From Tubiluchus corallicola (lineage: Eukaryota; Animalia; Priapulida), in the NCBI GenBank assembly GCA_030141605.1, contig JAQGDQ010000136.1, positions 310,001 to 374,000 on the forward strand: 64,000 nt of DNA. Direction: 5' to 3'. The translations under genes were made by a program, and so were the position numbers. Shown here one piece after another: positions 12,701 to 25,800 of the stretch. Position 1 is the first letter of the stretch, and every line of letters starts with the position of its first letter. The notes beneath the pieces are model-generated. The model was not told where the DNA came from, searched no databases, and was given only the letters and a program-made list of their open reading frames with translations.

Positions 12701-15700
12701 AAAAAACGTGGTTTAAACGAATAATCATTATCAATCAGTTTTGAGTAAGATTCTTTTTCTAGCTACCTGGAACCCAAGTCCCTGAACAGTAACTGCAGTA
12801 ACTGACTTGTGTCCAATGACGTATGTGTCCAAATCATCTTGTGTCCAAATTGCCTTTGTGTCCGAATAAACCTACGTGTCCAAATCACCTTGTGCATATG
12901 TGTCCAAAGGAAATTGTGTTGAAATTGTCGTTTTGTGGCGAATCATCCTGAGTCCAAATAGATGTCTACACGCCGTTCGGACAGTAGTTTAGATTAATTT
13001 ATATAGGGCAGCTGTCAGTTGAACCACCGAGGGTATCTGATTCAGTGGCAGATTTGCAAGGCTAAGGAGTTTGATCACGTTTCTATGTGAATTAGGGCCT
13101 TTCCGCAGTAATTATGTTTTTTGTACATTTCTATTCTTTTAAATTATTTACTGGTTGCAAAACTGTGTGCCCCCTGTACTTTACGTTTACATAAACTATT
13201 AATTTCAAATTACTTTTTTGGCCTAAACTGACGTTTTTAGTTACAAAGTGTGGTTACTATGAGAGGACTGATGACAGTAATTTTCTTTTCAAGACACAAT
13301 AGCAGGCCTACCTTTTATTTCTAGATTAATTTATGCTGGTTAGTGAACAAAGCTAAAAGAGGCGATTTAAGTATGTATCTAGCTGACCGTACCTTGACTG
13401 TGTGCTCGAAGGGAAACTGGACACTGCAGTTTCTTTGTTCATGAACTCGGTGTTCTGTGCAGCATTGCTTTTGCTTTTTGGAATTACTTTTGCTTTATTT
13501 CGTAGTTGTACTCATCCAGGGGCGGACAAAAAAATTTATTTTGTTAAAATGTAGCTTCTATCAGAGGAGGTATATTTTGATACAACTACGTGTATGTCGT
13601 TTAGTGTTCTTGTCCTTATTGTCTTGGCCCACTGTCGAGTTGCTCAGGCACACACATTGTGTTCATTTCAGCGTTTAAAGTTTGTAAATTGTGAGAATCT
13701 TAGTCATTGAAGAATGGGGTAGCGGTATTGAAAAGGGAATGCACATAAAAATAGAAACAAATAAACAGCAACTTTGCCAACCAACTAGCACTTCTGTGGT
13801 TTAATTAGAACAGCTGTCTTCATAGCATAGCAGCGTAACGCACAAAAAGGAAGGATAACCGAGAGAAAAACAACAGAAAACAGCTTTTGGAAAATCTGAC
13901 GTAAGACGTCTATAGAAGCAGTTGCCTTGTTTTCTAAACCGTGCATATATGGTCTGTGCACCATTGTAATTATATTATTGTCACCACAAACATTTTTCAG
14001 GATATATTAGTCACCATAATTAAGGCTGATGTTATAATTCTTGAATATTAGGTATGGTTCTGTTATATCGATGATCGAGCTTATAGGTAAAAGGTATCCA
14101 GTGAAATGAAATGACTCCCAAAGGCATAAATGTTAGAGATAATTTGCTTGTTAACATTTATTCAGGCTTACGTCAATGGCAGTTCTGCATTGCATTCGCG
14201 TATTACTGAAACAAATATAACTTTCGTGTAATGTTACATTTCTGATAAATTGTTTGCGTTAACAGCGAGAGTATTCCTTGCAAAGTTCACCTCACGGATC
14301 TTATCTTCATCTTTCTTTTTAATGATACGTAAAAGGTTCCAGGAGTTAAGTTAGTTGAAAGAGATCCTAGGAAGAATCCTAAAATTTTCCACTGCTAATC
14401 CTGACCTGTTTCACAAAACCAAGGGAACTTGTTAATGTGCTGTGAACAAACAACCCATCTGGATGAATAGAGTTGGGTGTATTACAAATACAAAGCTTGT
14501 TAACAGCGCCAGGCTTTCATGCAGTTTGCATATTGCACACGAACAGCTGATGCATATTTCTTCCATTGATTTTCACTGTTCAGCTGGGTAGACAGGCACA
14601 GCGCCTTTCTTGCCGTGTTTCTCATCAGTGACGGCTTGCGTTGCAGTAGTCTATTTTTAAAAGCCTGCTAGTATAAAAGTTCTAGTGGTCAACTACTGGT
14701 CAGTGGACACTGGTCAGCTCTCAGATGGTGGTCAGTGCATTATTTTAAGTTGAGTTGATTGTTTTGATAAAGGTGTAGTGATGATGTTGGGGTCTCCATA
14801 TGCAGTTATTGCTCAAAGTTCGTCAGGTAGTGTTTCGAATAGTTTGAGCACCAAAAGACATGAGAACTCTCCCAGAACTAGGAGGAGACACCAAGCGACA
14901 ACAGTTAGTAAGTCCGTTTAACTTTTTAAGTCTTTTAAAGTAAGTGTCGACAGCGTGTTGTTAAAAAGTTTTTGTATCTTATTAAAAAGTCAAATTTTTG
15001 GATTCCGAGAAAACTGTTATTGTCAACAGGATGAACGTCTTTTCTGTACTTTTCTGAATGTTTTTATGCAGACGTTCAGACCCTATGTCAGTGTATTTTA
15101 GCAGAGAGCACCGTGGTATTTAGTTCTTTAGTTTGCTGATGTGGTCTTTCGTCAACGACTTAATGCGATGCCCTTGCGATAAAAAAATCACCTAAAAACA
15201 ACTGAAAAATATCTGAGGTTAGGAAGCTTGTCGTCTGGTCCTAACAATAACTATAGGCTCACTAGATGTGTATATTCTTATCATTCCATTTGTTTTCATT
15301 TCTGCTTCATTCCATTTCACTTTTCTTTGTTTGAAATTTTCATATTGACATGGCTAAGAAATGGACGTAGATTGTTTTATTATATTGCAGTATTATATCG
15401 ACACACCAGGGCCTATTTATCATGTGTTTTCATTCGCAGTATTGTGCTGGCTATTATAGTTGCTTTGCTCTAGCTGTTTTTGATAGACTTTTTGTAAATC
15501 GAAAAAAAAGAAACAAATGTTCATAACGTATTTCCCAGTGTTAAACTACAAGAATCTGTCAGACACCAGTCCGAAATAAACAATTAAAAAAGATTTTTAA
15601 TGTCCAACGACTTTTGCCTTGGGTTACTAGGAGAAGTGGAGCCTAGTTTTTTCCTTTTCTCAAATGCGTCGCAAAATCCAGTTCTGAACGTGACCAAAAT

Positions 15701-18700
15701 GAAGCGATCTACTTTCTTTCCTGTTTCACTCCCCGGGACACAAGGGAAAGGCGATTTGTTTTCTAGATCACTGACAGTAATATATGGAGGGAGCGATTTC
15801 GTTACACGGGGCGAATGAACGGAGCTCTAGCAACCTTGAAAAGTTTTACGTGACTGGCTAACGTTAACTAGCTGCTCGTGATGTGTTTATTTTGGCAGGA
15901 AGCATCAGCATAAACATGTGACTTGCGTCACAGTTACATGGATTCATGTCTAAAATTGTTTCAGTAGCAACTCAACTCTTCCTACACGCTGTAGTTTGGT
16001 AGAACTAGAAATGAAATATTTTTGCGGTTTTCTGTATTTTGCCTTACGCTTTCCTTTCAAGAACTGAAGATTTTGTCTAAGATATCATATTCTTTTTCAA
16101 TAATATTCACAGTGGACTAGAAGAAGCTCGGACGAGGCGTACTATGAGTGCAAAATGTCAGAACGGCTTCTTGATTTTATGAGCTACTTTTCGCCCAGAT
16201 TTATAAGTTTATATGTTCTTCTGACCTCTTCAACTAAATATATCTTATCATCTACCGTTTGTTTATTAATTGAACTTCTTGATTATAGTGACGATTTAAA
16301 TTTTGATTTTTGTGGTTTTAAAACAACTTTAAAATTTAAGTTAACTAGTGATCAACTACAGGGTGTTGTCGGTTGTTGTGTATCAAGAAAAAACGATCAC
16401 GAAAAACGAAAGCCTAATAATTGCTGGCAGAGCTAGGTCTTATATTTTGTAACCTGTTGTTTCTGAGCTGTGTGACAGTTTTTTGCCCCGGAAGTGTGAA
16501 TAAATTAATGGCTTCTATTGCTATCTGGCGCTTGCAGCACTATAAATAAAGACGACAATAACAAAAAGTAACATGTTATTAAAGTAAAAAATATGTTGAT
16601 TTTTAACTGCTAACATTATTATTTAATATGATAATTATAAAACCTAAGTCTATTACAAACTGCTAACAGCACTACTAAGTTAACTAAACACAATAATAAT
16701 GTTTTATAAATTGGTGACCATTATGGTCTTTCGCCATCCCGTCGCAATGCAATCATAATGAACTTTATGTAATAGTATATATAATTATATAATTAAATAG
16801 TACCTATGCACTGGGAAGGAGGCAAATCTCTACAGAGATCTGCACCTTGAAAAGGAGATTAACCTAAGATCGAAAGATATGCGCGTTTTTTAAATTAACA
16901 GCTCTTTCGATTATGACATTGTGGCTTTTGCAATTAATTTTCTTTTTTCAGCTTGTTAATATGCCCACTGATACCTGATTGATTAAAAACAAAACTTTAA
17001 TTATCTGTCTAAGACGGCCAGTTAATAGTCTATAGTGTATATGTTTAAGATAGACAAGTCGGTACTTATGTAACGATAGCCGTTAGTCAGTACAACTTAT
17101 TATTAGGGTATCCGTTGACCCCATAGACAGTACGTGTAGTCTGTTTATTAACTCCATGCATGTTAACACGTCAAAATGACCATTGGTCAGTCTCCTCCAG
17201 ACAAATAACCGTAATGTATGTTATAAATGATCTGCGCCTTCAGCAGTAATATAACATGCTCAATCTACATAGCAACAGTTAAAAGGGCACGCAGTGGTCT
17301 GCTATTGGTCAGTCTCGTGTCATATGGATGAGGCTGATGGGAATGAATAGACTGACCATCGGCCAGCTGTGTTTGCTGCGACTTGTTGAACCTAAATGAG
17401 TTTAATTTATTCCGGGTCGTTGTTCGGTCTGACAACCATTTGAGAAAAGCATTGGAGATACAATTTATACATATGAACCTTCTGTTAATGTTTAGTGATA
17501 ATTTTCACGAACAAAGGAAATTTTTCTATTTTGCGAAAAATAAGATCGGCTGCGATTTCAAGTACTGGACATATATAAAACATAATACATTTGGTGGCAA
17601 CAAGTGGTCGTTCATTCTTTTCACTTTGGTTACTATTAAGCCCTAAGTAAGCGTTTTTTGTGATAACATACTCTAATTATAGTGTCTTGTGTTTGTCATC
17701 TTGTTGTTTTACTTGCTTGTCATCCTATTGTGAAACTTTGTCAAAGCGTGATGTGAAATATGTGCAGAAAATGTTTTACTAGTGTAAAAAACACATTGCG
17801 TTACCTACGTGTGCTGGTTCTGTTAAATGTAAAATTGAAAATTGTTGGTATAATACTCTGATTGGCATGCGTTGATTAAATTGATTTTAGAGCAACTTTT
17901 AAATTAATGGCATTGGATGATGGTATGTACTGGGTCGGGCCACTAGCGTCTTGAAATCTTTTATTATTTAGCCTGTACAAAAAAACAGAAGCAATCATGG
18001 TAATGTTACTAGTGAGTAAAACATTTTCTTGCCCAGGTAACTGGCATTTTACAATTTCGCCCTAGGCTTAACTGTCGTACATAGGTCATAATTAGTCACA
18101 TAATAGGTCACAATTTACAAGACGCCCAAGCAGTAAAGTTTGTTCCTCGAGGTTTCCCAAGCTGAATGTTTGAATTGAGCGTTCCGCGTCACCTACTTCG
18201 TATTAGCTACTTTAACTCGTCAGCCACCATGAAAAGAGTTCAGCTTATTACTCAGTCAACGAACTTGGGTCGTTGTACTTTACTTTGTTACTAATTAGCC
18301 CATTTTTCAGCTGCGATTTTGTTAATTAGTGTTTGACGTAATTAGTATGATATTGTTTGCGTGTTACAATCAGCATAGGCCTATTATTGTTAATTGCCGT
18401 TAGTTGATGTAGCTGAGCTGATATTAAAGCAGGAAATCAAATTCGCCATGTAGGAAGAAAAAGGAAAGAAAAGGAAAATGAATAAGTTATTTGCCCAACC
18501 TCGGGCTTTTTTGTTTACAAGGTTTTTCGTTTCAGATAACGTCAACGCGTATGGTGAATTTGAGGATATGATTGATTATACCATATGTCATCGGCTGGGA
18601 CGTAGGTTAGAAAAGTCCCTCAAATTTGCAAAAGAGCAGCGTCTGCACTGTGACATTCAGGTGGGTTCTTGAATATTCGTAGATACTGATGCGGGGCGTT

Positions 18701-19409
18701 AGGCATACATGCCAAAACTGTGGTCTATAAAAATATAATGCAAACTAATTTAAACCATTTAACAAAATGGCGTCACCTATTGACAAAAAAAGAAGCATTG
18801 TAGATTCGCATTCTCTGAATGTAATCTGCATGAAAATCTATTTGGGTAATCTGATGATCCAAAGTTTCCGTTAATAGATCGACTTTTGTCAGCAGTCTTA
18901 AAACGGTCTGTTTAGAACATAATTACGCAATTAATTACTTTAAAAGAAGTCTTCTGGCTTCCACATTTCATCCTGTTTTTGCATTATTTCAGACTTTTGC
19001 ATGTTCTTGATTAATTTGAGAGCATCTCTTGCACATGAAAGTATTTTCTGTTTTTTTAAAGGTACCATTGGGATTGACATCCCGAGTAGCACAAGACATC
19101 ATGCGCATGTCTGAAAATGAACCTTGTGGACTTCGTGGTTGTGTCATCAATGTGCAGTTTGATGATGGCAGCAGTACCACAAAAGTCGACACGATAACGT
19201 ACGACCCCAACACTGTAGCCACACACGAACTCTTACTAACCCTGCAGGAAGACGACACACAATTTTCCTTCAGAAAGGTCCTTCCAAAGTGCTTCTGGAG
19301 AAACAGGACTATCTATTTGAGCGCCGGATATCTTCTGGTAAAAAAGAAGCTCTATCGACGGCAAACGTCTTTAGAAAGTTTGTCTTCTTCGCATGGCTCG
19401 GCCACATGA
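2520..19409 (+). CDS. DDIT4: DDIT4/REDD1 (RTP801)-like protein, charybde/scylla orthologue; join(2520..2745,18536..18660,19062..19409), 232 aa
   Basis: RTP801_C motif VAQDIMRMSENEPCGLRGC...YDPNTVATHELLLTLQED...LSAGYLLVKKKLY; GT-AG junctions with matching phases 1 and 0. Confidence 0.88.
6488..6568. repeat. Tandem duplication, 2 x ~41 bp
   Basis: CACATGTCATGTTTT(T/C)GAC(G/A)AATGATGTATAAGCACATT occurs twice. Confidence 0.85.
6685..6728. repeat. (AT)n microsatellite
   Basis: ~22 AT units. Confidence 0.98.
7776..8455. mobile_element. Non-autonomous TTAA-flanked DNA transposon (Kolobok/piggyBac-type MITE)
   Basis: TTAA at 7772-7775 and 8456-8459; imperfect TIRs GGGACCAGAAAA / AGCACAAGAAAA (reverse complement). 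Confidence 0.5.
12456..12980. mobile_element. Foldback/Mutator-like non-autonomous element with sub-repeated inverted arms
   Basis: Left arm of tandem TTTGGACAC-type repeats (~12480-12635), right arm of GTGTCCAAA repeats (~12810-12960); 10-bp direct repeat ACAGTAGTTT at 12446-12455 and 12981-12990. Confidence 0.8.
14672..14704 (+). promoter_or_regulatory. TATA box + initiator of an internal DDIT4-like promoter
   Basis: TATAAAA at 14672-14678 and TCAGT at 14700-14704; the Inr A lies 30 nt after the TATA T. Confidence 0.6.
14781..14907 (+). CDS. DDIT4: DDIT4-like alternative first coding exon 1b (MMLGSPYAV...HQATTV); isoform 199 aa
   Basis: Open frame from ATG 14781 to consensus donor A|GTAAGT; phase 1 matches exon 2; TATA/Inr upstream. 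Confidence 0.62.
18536..18660 (+). CDS. DDIT4: DDIT4-like exon 2 (NVNAYGEFEDM...RLEKSLKFAKEQRLHCDIQ)
   Basis: TTTCAG| acceptor, CAG|GTGGGT donor; helix matches the start of RTP801_C. Confidence 0.88.
19062..19409 (+). CDS. DDIT4: DDIT4-like exon 3, RTP801_C core to stop
   Basis: EPCGLRGC and KKKLY motifs; T-rich AAG| acceptor, phase 0. Confidence 0.93.
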   Translation, partial: VPLGLTSRVAQDIMRMSENEPCGLRGCVINVQFDDGSSTTKVDTITYDPNTVATHELLLTLQEDDTQFSFRKVLPKCFWRNRTIYLSAGYLLVKKKLYRRQTSLESLSSSHGSAT

Positions 19410-21320
19410 TAGTTAAAACCATGTCGTCATGTGACTTTCTTGTTTATGTGATTGGTATTATCCTATTGTATAGTTGCAAGTTATGAATATTAATCATAGA
19501 ATTTAATGCCTAGTGAACTTGAAAAGCGGCCATGATGCTGCAGTTGTCATAACAATGGCCTTAAGAATTATTTTATGTCGAATTTGCTTTTGGTGTTCAT
19601 TAAGGTAATTCCAGTTTTGATATCATTGCCATGAAACTTTGAGTTGTTTTGAGTTAATGCCTATAGATTTCGTGATGGAAAAGAAGTATGCTGCCATATC
19701 TGATATCAAATCCGCTTTCAAAAACTTTAGACTAAATTGAAGAGTCTATTAAGTTACAATTCTTTAATATCATATCGTTTTAAGTGGGCTTTGAAATTTT
19801 ATTAAAGTTGAGCAGTTAATACTATACACTTTTCAGACCAGTTCTACAAATGCACAAAAAATTTTATGGGTTAACGAAGCATGGCCACTCAATGTTGTAA
19901 ATATCTACTTCAAAATGAGATTCGTAACTTTGCCTTTTCAGTATTGAATCATTTCTTGCGGTGAGAAATTTTTGTGTTAATTATAATTTATGTGTAACAA
20001 GTTGCGACTGTTGATATTTTTGCCTAACTGTGAGTAATTAGTATTGATAGTAGCCTAATTAGCTAATTATCAGTTTTGATTGTGATTTGCTGATTATTGT
20101 GATTAATTAATAGAGATCCAATGTTTCTGGATTTCTGACCTATAACAGTTGGCCTTGATGGTTTGTTTGAGAACTTATTAAAAATTTGCAAAAATTTGTA
20201 ACAATTTTTCTGTAGTTAGCTAACCTTTACATTGTTAGCATATAAATTTAACAAGGTAAGTGATTTATAACGACATCTTTTTATACTGATCTGTTTCGGA
20301 TACCTATATTGATCAGTGGCGCCGTCTATTGACAATTTTATCGAAATATATATTTCAATATGTAGATATTTTCAATTTCTGAACTTAGTACACAGGGATT
20401 TAGTGGCTAATTTATTGAAGTACTATTTTAACAGAAGTAATGATGCAATCTCGTTTATATGAAGGTGCATATTTTTGTAAGGTGCTATAGTAACTGTTGT
20501 TAATACCTCAGTAATAATTTTTTTTGGTTTACTCATGTTTAGTCAATATTAAAATTAAACAATGAGTGTAAATTCAGAAATTTAGAAAAAAGTCAAATGT
20601 TTGTTCTATAGTAGTTTCGGTAAAGGCTGCTGTCTGAGGTTTCATTTTGTTAAGTTAAACTGAAACGTTTGGCTCAAATTTGCTTTGCTCAGAATAAAGT
20701 TTGTAAGAGGAAGTTTACATCTACGGTGCAGTTTTCCGATACATGTAGTTTGCCATGAAAACAACAAAATAATGATTTCAGCATGTTAGGTTATAATAGT
20801 GAAATATATGTAGTGATAAATCGTTTTTAGCATTATTCAGTAGTCATATAGATATGTATTATTATTATTAATGTTGTTTATATGAAAATTCTTTTCTACA
20901 TCTACATACTATGCTGGAAACACGTACTAGTTCTTATGTCGAACTGTTTGTGACAACTAGTATGTGAAGCGCTGCCATGAAATGCAATTTTTTTCTGTAT
21001 GTTGTATTTTCTATTGTTTATATTATTCAAAAAATAAAACTGTAAATATATTTTTACATTATTTGTACTAGCTTTGTTTTCTGTAGTATCTTGGCTATTG
21101 AATGTTGGTGAAACGCAAATCAATTAATTCTGCTAAAAATAGAAGTGGCGTTTTTGTTACACACGCAAGAAGTTCTTGTATTGTGCACAATATGGCGGCG
21201 CCCATTGTTTGCCATAATAACGACCATAGAACATGGGCACCCAATCATTGTTTGCCTCACAATTTGTTCAAGGTCATTTACAGTAGCAACTCATGAAAAA
21301 CCAACTCAGTGATGGCACAC

Positions 21321-21405
21321 AATAAAAATAAAGACTGTATAATGTAAATAGACACGATAAGCTTTTATTCGTTCATATGATCATAAAGATGTGCAAGAGT
21401 TTATT
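21321..21405. terminator. Convergent polyadenylation signals
   Basis: Plus strand AATAAA at 21321 and 21327 (another at 20693); minus strand AATAAA at 21364-21369 and 21400-21405; T/A strand skew flips near here. Confidence 0.5.
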
Positions 21406-22446
21406 GTTTAAAGTTTGATTTTTGGATTGACTTATAAATCTTAACAAGTCAATCTTTCTAATAATAGGCATCAGTGCGTGTTTTGTGAAACACGGATTCA
21501 CGCGGAAGTTATAATTAATTTACTACTCTGGAAAAACATATAATTATATTCTACAATTATTGTCATACATGTGTATATTAATTATTCATTAAGACAGATG
21601 CACAGAAGCTAAAAAATCCACACCAGCACACAGCATCATTATGCGTATTTAAAAGCTATTACAGCTAAACCCAATAAAACAATATTTACCATTAAACAAT
21701 GGTAAAAAAGTTTTTAATTACAAAGAACTCTGGGACTGATTATCAATCACTACAATCAGCAAGTTATGACGTAGTAAAATTACAACAAAAATCTAACGAA
21801 ATACTGTTCCAAAAGCAAGTAAATGACTCCTATACACGTAACCTTTTGTTTATATAGTATTCCACTCTAAAAACAACCTTTTTCCTTGATACAGCAATAA
21901 ATATAAATTGCGCGGTGCTGCGTCACGAGTATACAACACAACCATTAAATGACTTTATGCTGCTGACTTCATGATTTAGTCAAGAACTTTATCACAACTA
22001 TTCAATATATGTACGTTTCAAGATGCTATGCTAAGAACGGTCAGCCCGCAGCCACCATGCGATGGCGGGACACCATTCCAACTAACTAACAACTCATTTT
22101 AACTACAGTAACAATTTTATACGTAAAATATAATATTATTACAATCATTATAAAAACTTTGGAAGAAAAGAAAATTAAATAACACTGCTTGACTGTCACA
22201 TAATTAACAATTGGGTAAGTGAATGCTTGAGACTGCAGTCTTAGTAGTAATAAAATGCCACACATGTTTAGATATTAGACGAAGCACCACCTTATACAAA
22301 TTACCAATAAATCTATCATTAAGGCAGAGCAGCACAATGGAATAGTACGAATTTATGAAAAATGTAGTATACAAATAGGAGACAATTCTTTGGAACTGCT
22401 AGGTTGTTTACAAATTTGAGAAAAAAAAGTGCACAGTCCTATAGCG

Positions 22447-22577
22447 TATGTGTCAAATTTTGGAGCAAGCGGCCGATCGGTGTTTGACCAATTTAGGGCT
22501 TGGTCACTTTAACAGCATAAGTCACGCATTGCGGATATTTACAGGTGACAGCTTTGAGCTCCAAAACTCAACACACA
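22447..22577 (-). other. Structured element in the ankyrin 3' UTR
   Basis: 20-bp basal stem with four G-U pairs that form only on the minus strand, plus internal hairpins. Confidence 0.55.
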
Positions 22578-22692
22578 TTACACAAAGTAAAGAGAGCATT
22601 TAGGCACATCTCATCCTAGGGGCATTGATTTCTAACTGCCACTAGGGATGAACAGGATTACGATGTTTCTAAACGGCTGTGATAAAGGTCAA

Positions 22693-22825
22693 CTATTCTT
22701 CATCACCATGCCACTCTCGTGTCTCAGTGAACGTTTGAGGTCCATCTGGTCCTTCTATCGTGGTTGTGTGGGTCCTTGTCACATGTACATCATCTAACTG
22801 GGCACCCTCCCCATCTTGCATGTAC
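22693..22825 (-). CDS. Ank2: Ankyrin last coding exon
   Basis: [43 protein letters not shown]; phase-2 acceptor TTTATAG|. Confidence 0.82.
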
Positions 22826-25800
22826 CTATAAATACATGAAACAAAGTATTACATGAAGTTCTAGTTGAAGTATTTTGCAGGGGGAAAGAATCCTAGTGCT
22901 ATTTTTCCTCTGGATAGTGCTTCGATTCTGTTCTAATTAAATTGCAAAAATCTAGAAGTGTAGGTAACATACTCTGCAAAAAGACAGAATTCTGGGTACT
23001 GCACAATGGAAAAACATAAAATTCTCAAACAAACCAGAAAAAAGTGGCAAATCAGGAAAATAACTAAGCTAAACTAAGTAAAGTATTCAGCCAAAGTTAA
23101 GGGCAACATTCAAGGAAAAAGTACAGAATTTGTTGTAACAAGCGAAATTAGGAATCTGGGCAATACAGTGTTCTTATAAATACAATAAAAATAACAAACA
23201 ATGTAGAAGAGAAACAATACAATGGAAAAACTACAGTGGATAAATACTAAGTGGGATAATGTTTGTACATTATCCTAAACAGTACACAAAAAAACTGCAA
23301 TTTTTGGAGCAATTCAGAATGAAACACCTTCACTTTCCTAAACTAGAAGAATCAAAAATAATAACACGATCGGTTTACATTGCTTACTCAATATAGTTTC
23401 TTTTAATAAATATGTTGGCCAGTGTGTGACATTATACTAACTAATTTTACGATCATTGTTATTTAATGTTATAGAGATTTCTTGAGTTTTTCTTGAACTA
23501 TCATCCACTATTACTATTACTACTATTACTGCACTTTTAAATAAATTATATGATAACTCTGGACAACGATTTACTTATTATCTGAGGTCAGAACTCAGTA
23601 GTTGGAGGCATTATTTCAAAGAGCTCGGGCTACATGTGCCTTATTATTATTGCCAATAGTGATGCAAAACAGCAATGATACTATCTACAACAAAAATAAT
23701 TATAACATACTTGTCGATCATTGCTTGCATTTCTGGGTCTAGGCTTCCAGAGTCATGCAGAGCTTCAGGTGGTGCATCGGGATCAATAAGTTTCTTTGAC
23801 TTCTTTATAATCACCCTGCAAGCAAAATAATATGAATTCCTCTTTTCATTCACCTCTTCCTCTGCATTACTATGCAGTATTGGTTTTTATAAGACATTAT
23901 AATAATTTAAAAATGAAAAAGCTTAATGAAGCAATACAGATGCTAAGTAATTTTGGCATTTAGCCTATTATAGGCTGAACAGATTTTTATGCACCAGTAA
24001 CAATTTCTCAACATTTGAAGTGCTTAAATATTTTATTATTACTTCGACTTCCTGATTGTCCCATCTTCCAAAACTTCTTCTTTTTCTATGACTTGAACAT
24101 CATCGTCTTCAGCTATTTGATCTGCAACAAAAATGACTGTAAATTCCTGATCCAACAATACACAATTTGTAGAACTTTCAGTTTTTAAAATAACCATAGC
24201 ACAGACCCTATAAATATGCCAAGTTAGATGTTGAGTTATACTGGACTCAAAGATGGTGACATTAGCGTGCGAAATTTTATGGGCATCTGATGGAAAGATG
24301 CAAACAAAATGACCAAAACCAAAAGTGAATTAGAAATCAAAACGACAAAAAGTCACAGTTCGACAAACATGGAGAACAAGGTAACAAGTAGAAACATTCT
24401 AACTTTTTAAAATGGGTAAAATTTGGTAAGTTTGTGATGAACCAGTGAAAAGACCCATCAAAATATGCAAAGGATAACATACAAGAATTTTAAAAAAAGA
24501 TAATACATCATTCACGATTATAAGCAACTAGGTATAAAGAAATTGGATCTCAAGTAATTACAGCTGAAAAGAAATAACAATGCATCAGCAAACAAATGAA
24601 TGTGAAACCGTCTCAAAGACTGTGTCTTGAATCAAAACCGAAATAGTCTGAGAAAATAAACAACTGCTTTCTGACAAATACAATGACAAATCCAAATAGA
24701 ATGTTCATTCAAACATAATCAATAAAATTAATAGAAGCCAATGAATGAACGAAAAAATCAATACAGAACAGACTACTCTAACCGAGAGTGTGTATGAACT
24801 TATGATCGTTGGAAACAAATGTGGAAATAACTACAAGTCATGCTGCAAGTGTGCGAAAATCATCGTCGTCGAAGCTGTTCATACCTTCATCACCATCGTC
24901 GTTCTCATCAATAACATCACCCTCAAAACCCTCGCCGAATTTCCTTAATTGAAATGATCCGGCTGCAGGCAAAAGAAGATATTTTACAAGACGAAACACA
25001 GGCAAACTACTACTGGCATCTACAGGCTCAAAAATCAACTAATAATGGATATCAATGGAGCATACACACATAAATTAACAAACTTACAAAAACAGGCTAT
25101 GCCCAAAAGCTAAAGCAAAAAGTAAAACCAAATCTTTAAATGGTAAATGCTTCTAAGAGAACTAATAAAATGGTATTCTAAAATGCTTTGAGAAATTAAA
25201 CATTGCTCGTTTTCTAGCATTCCTTGTTTGACATTTAATCTAAATTGTATCACTTTTTGATCTAATATTTGGGTTCCAAATTTGGGTATATTATTCAAGC
25301 ACTTGCTAGTACCTTTGCTTCATTCGTTACTGTGTCTGTACTAAGCACTTGTACACATTCAAAGATACTTTATTTTTTCAAGTACTTTATATAAAAATTG
25401 GTTTTTATACATCATGCACATATTACATAGGTTCCTTAAGTAGATCACATTAACATTATGTTTAACGTTTGACTCCGGTATAAATAACACAAAATGTAAA
25501 AAACTGTGCATAAATTAGACTATAAAATTATTGGTGTCTGTTAGCTTTCCCTTCAATTATTTTTTTACTCCACTAGACTCACTTCTTTTAAAACTTTTAA
25601 GCTTGCATTTTGCTTGCCTTGCAAATCATTTAGTTGGACCTGTCAGCAAGACCGTAACTGCGCTGACATAAAGTCAAAAAAAAATTTGTAACTTCTAAAA
25701 GTTTTTTGGAAATTAAACATTCTGTAACTTGGCATTAAACATACTGTGCTGGTTCAGAAAACATAGATGTTTTAAGAAAACTCGTGAATGAAATATTGTG

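Noticed and set aside
14600-14640. Hammerhead ribozyme (minus strand CTGATGA...GAAA)
   Set aside because: Stem II and stem III pairings cannot be built; only a 5-bp GCCGT/ACGGC hairpin
21189-21200. YY1-like AATATGGCGGC as a promoter between the genes
   Set aside because: Isolated motif with no associated exon or ORF
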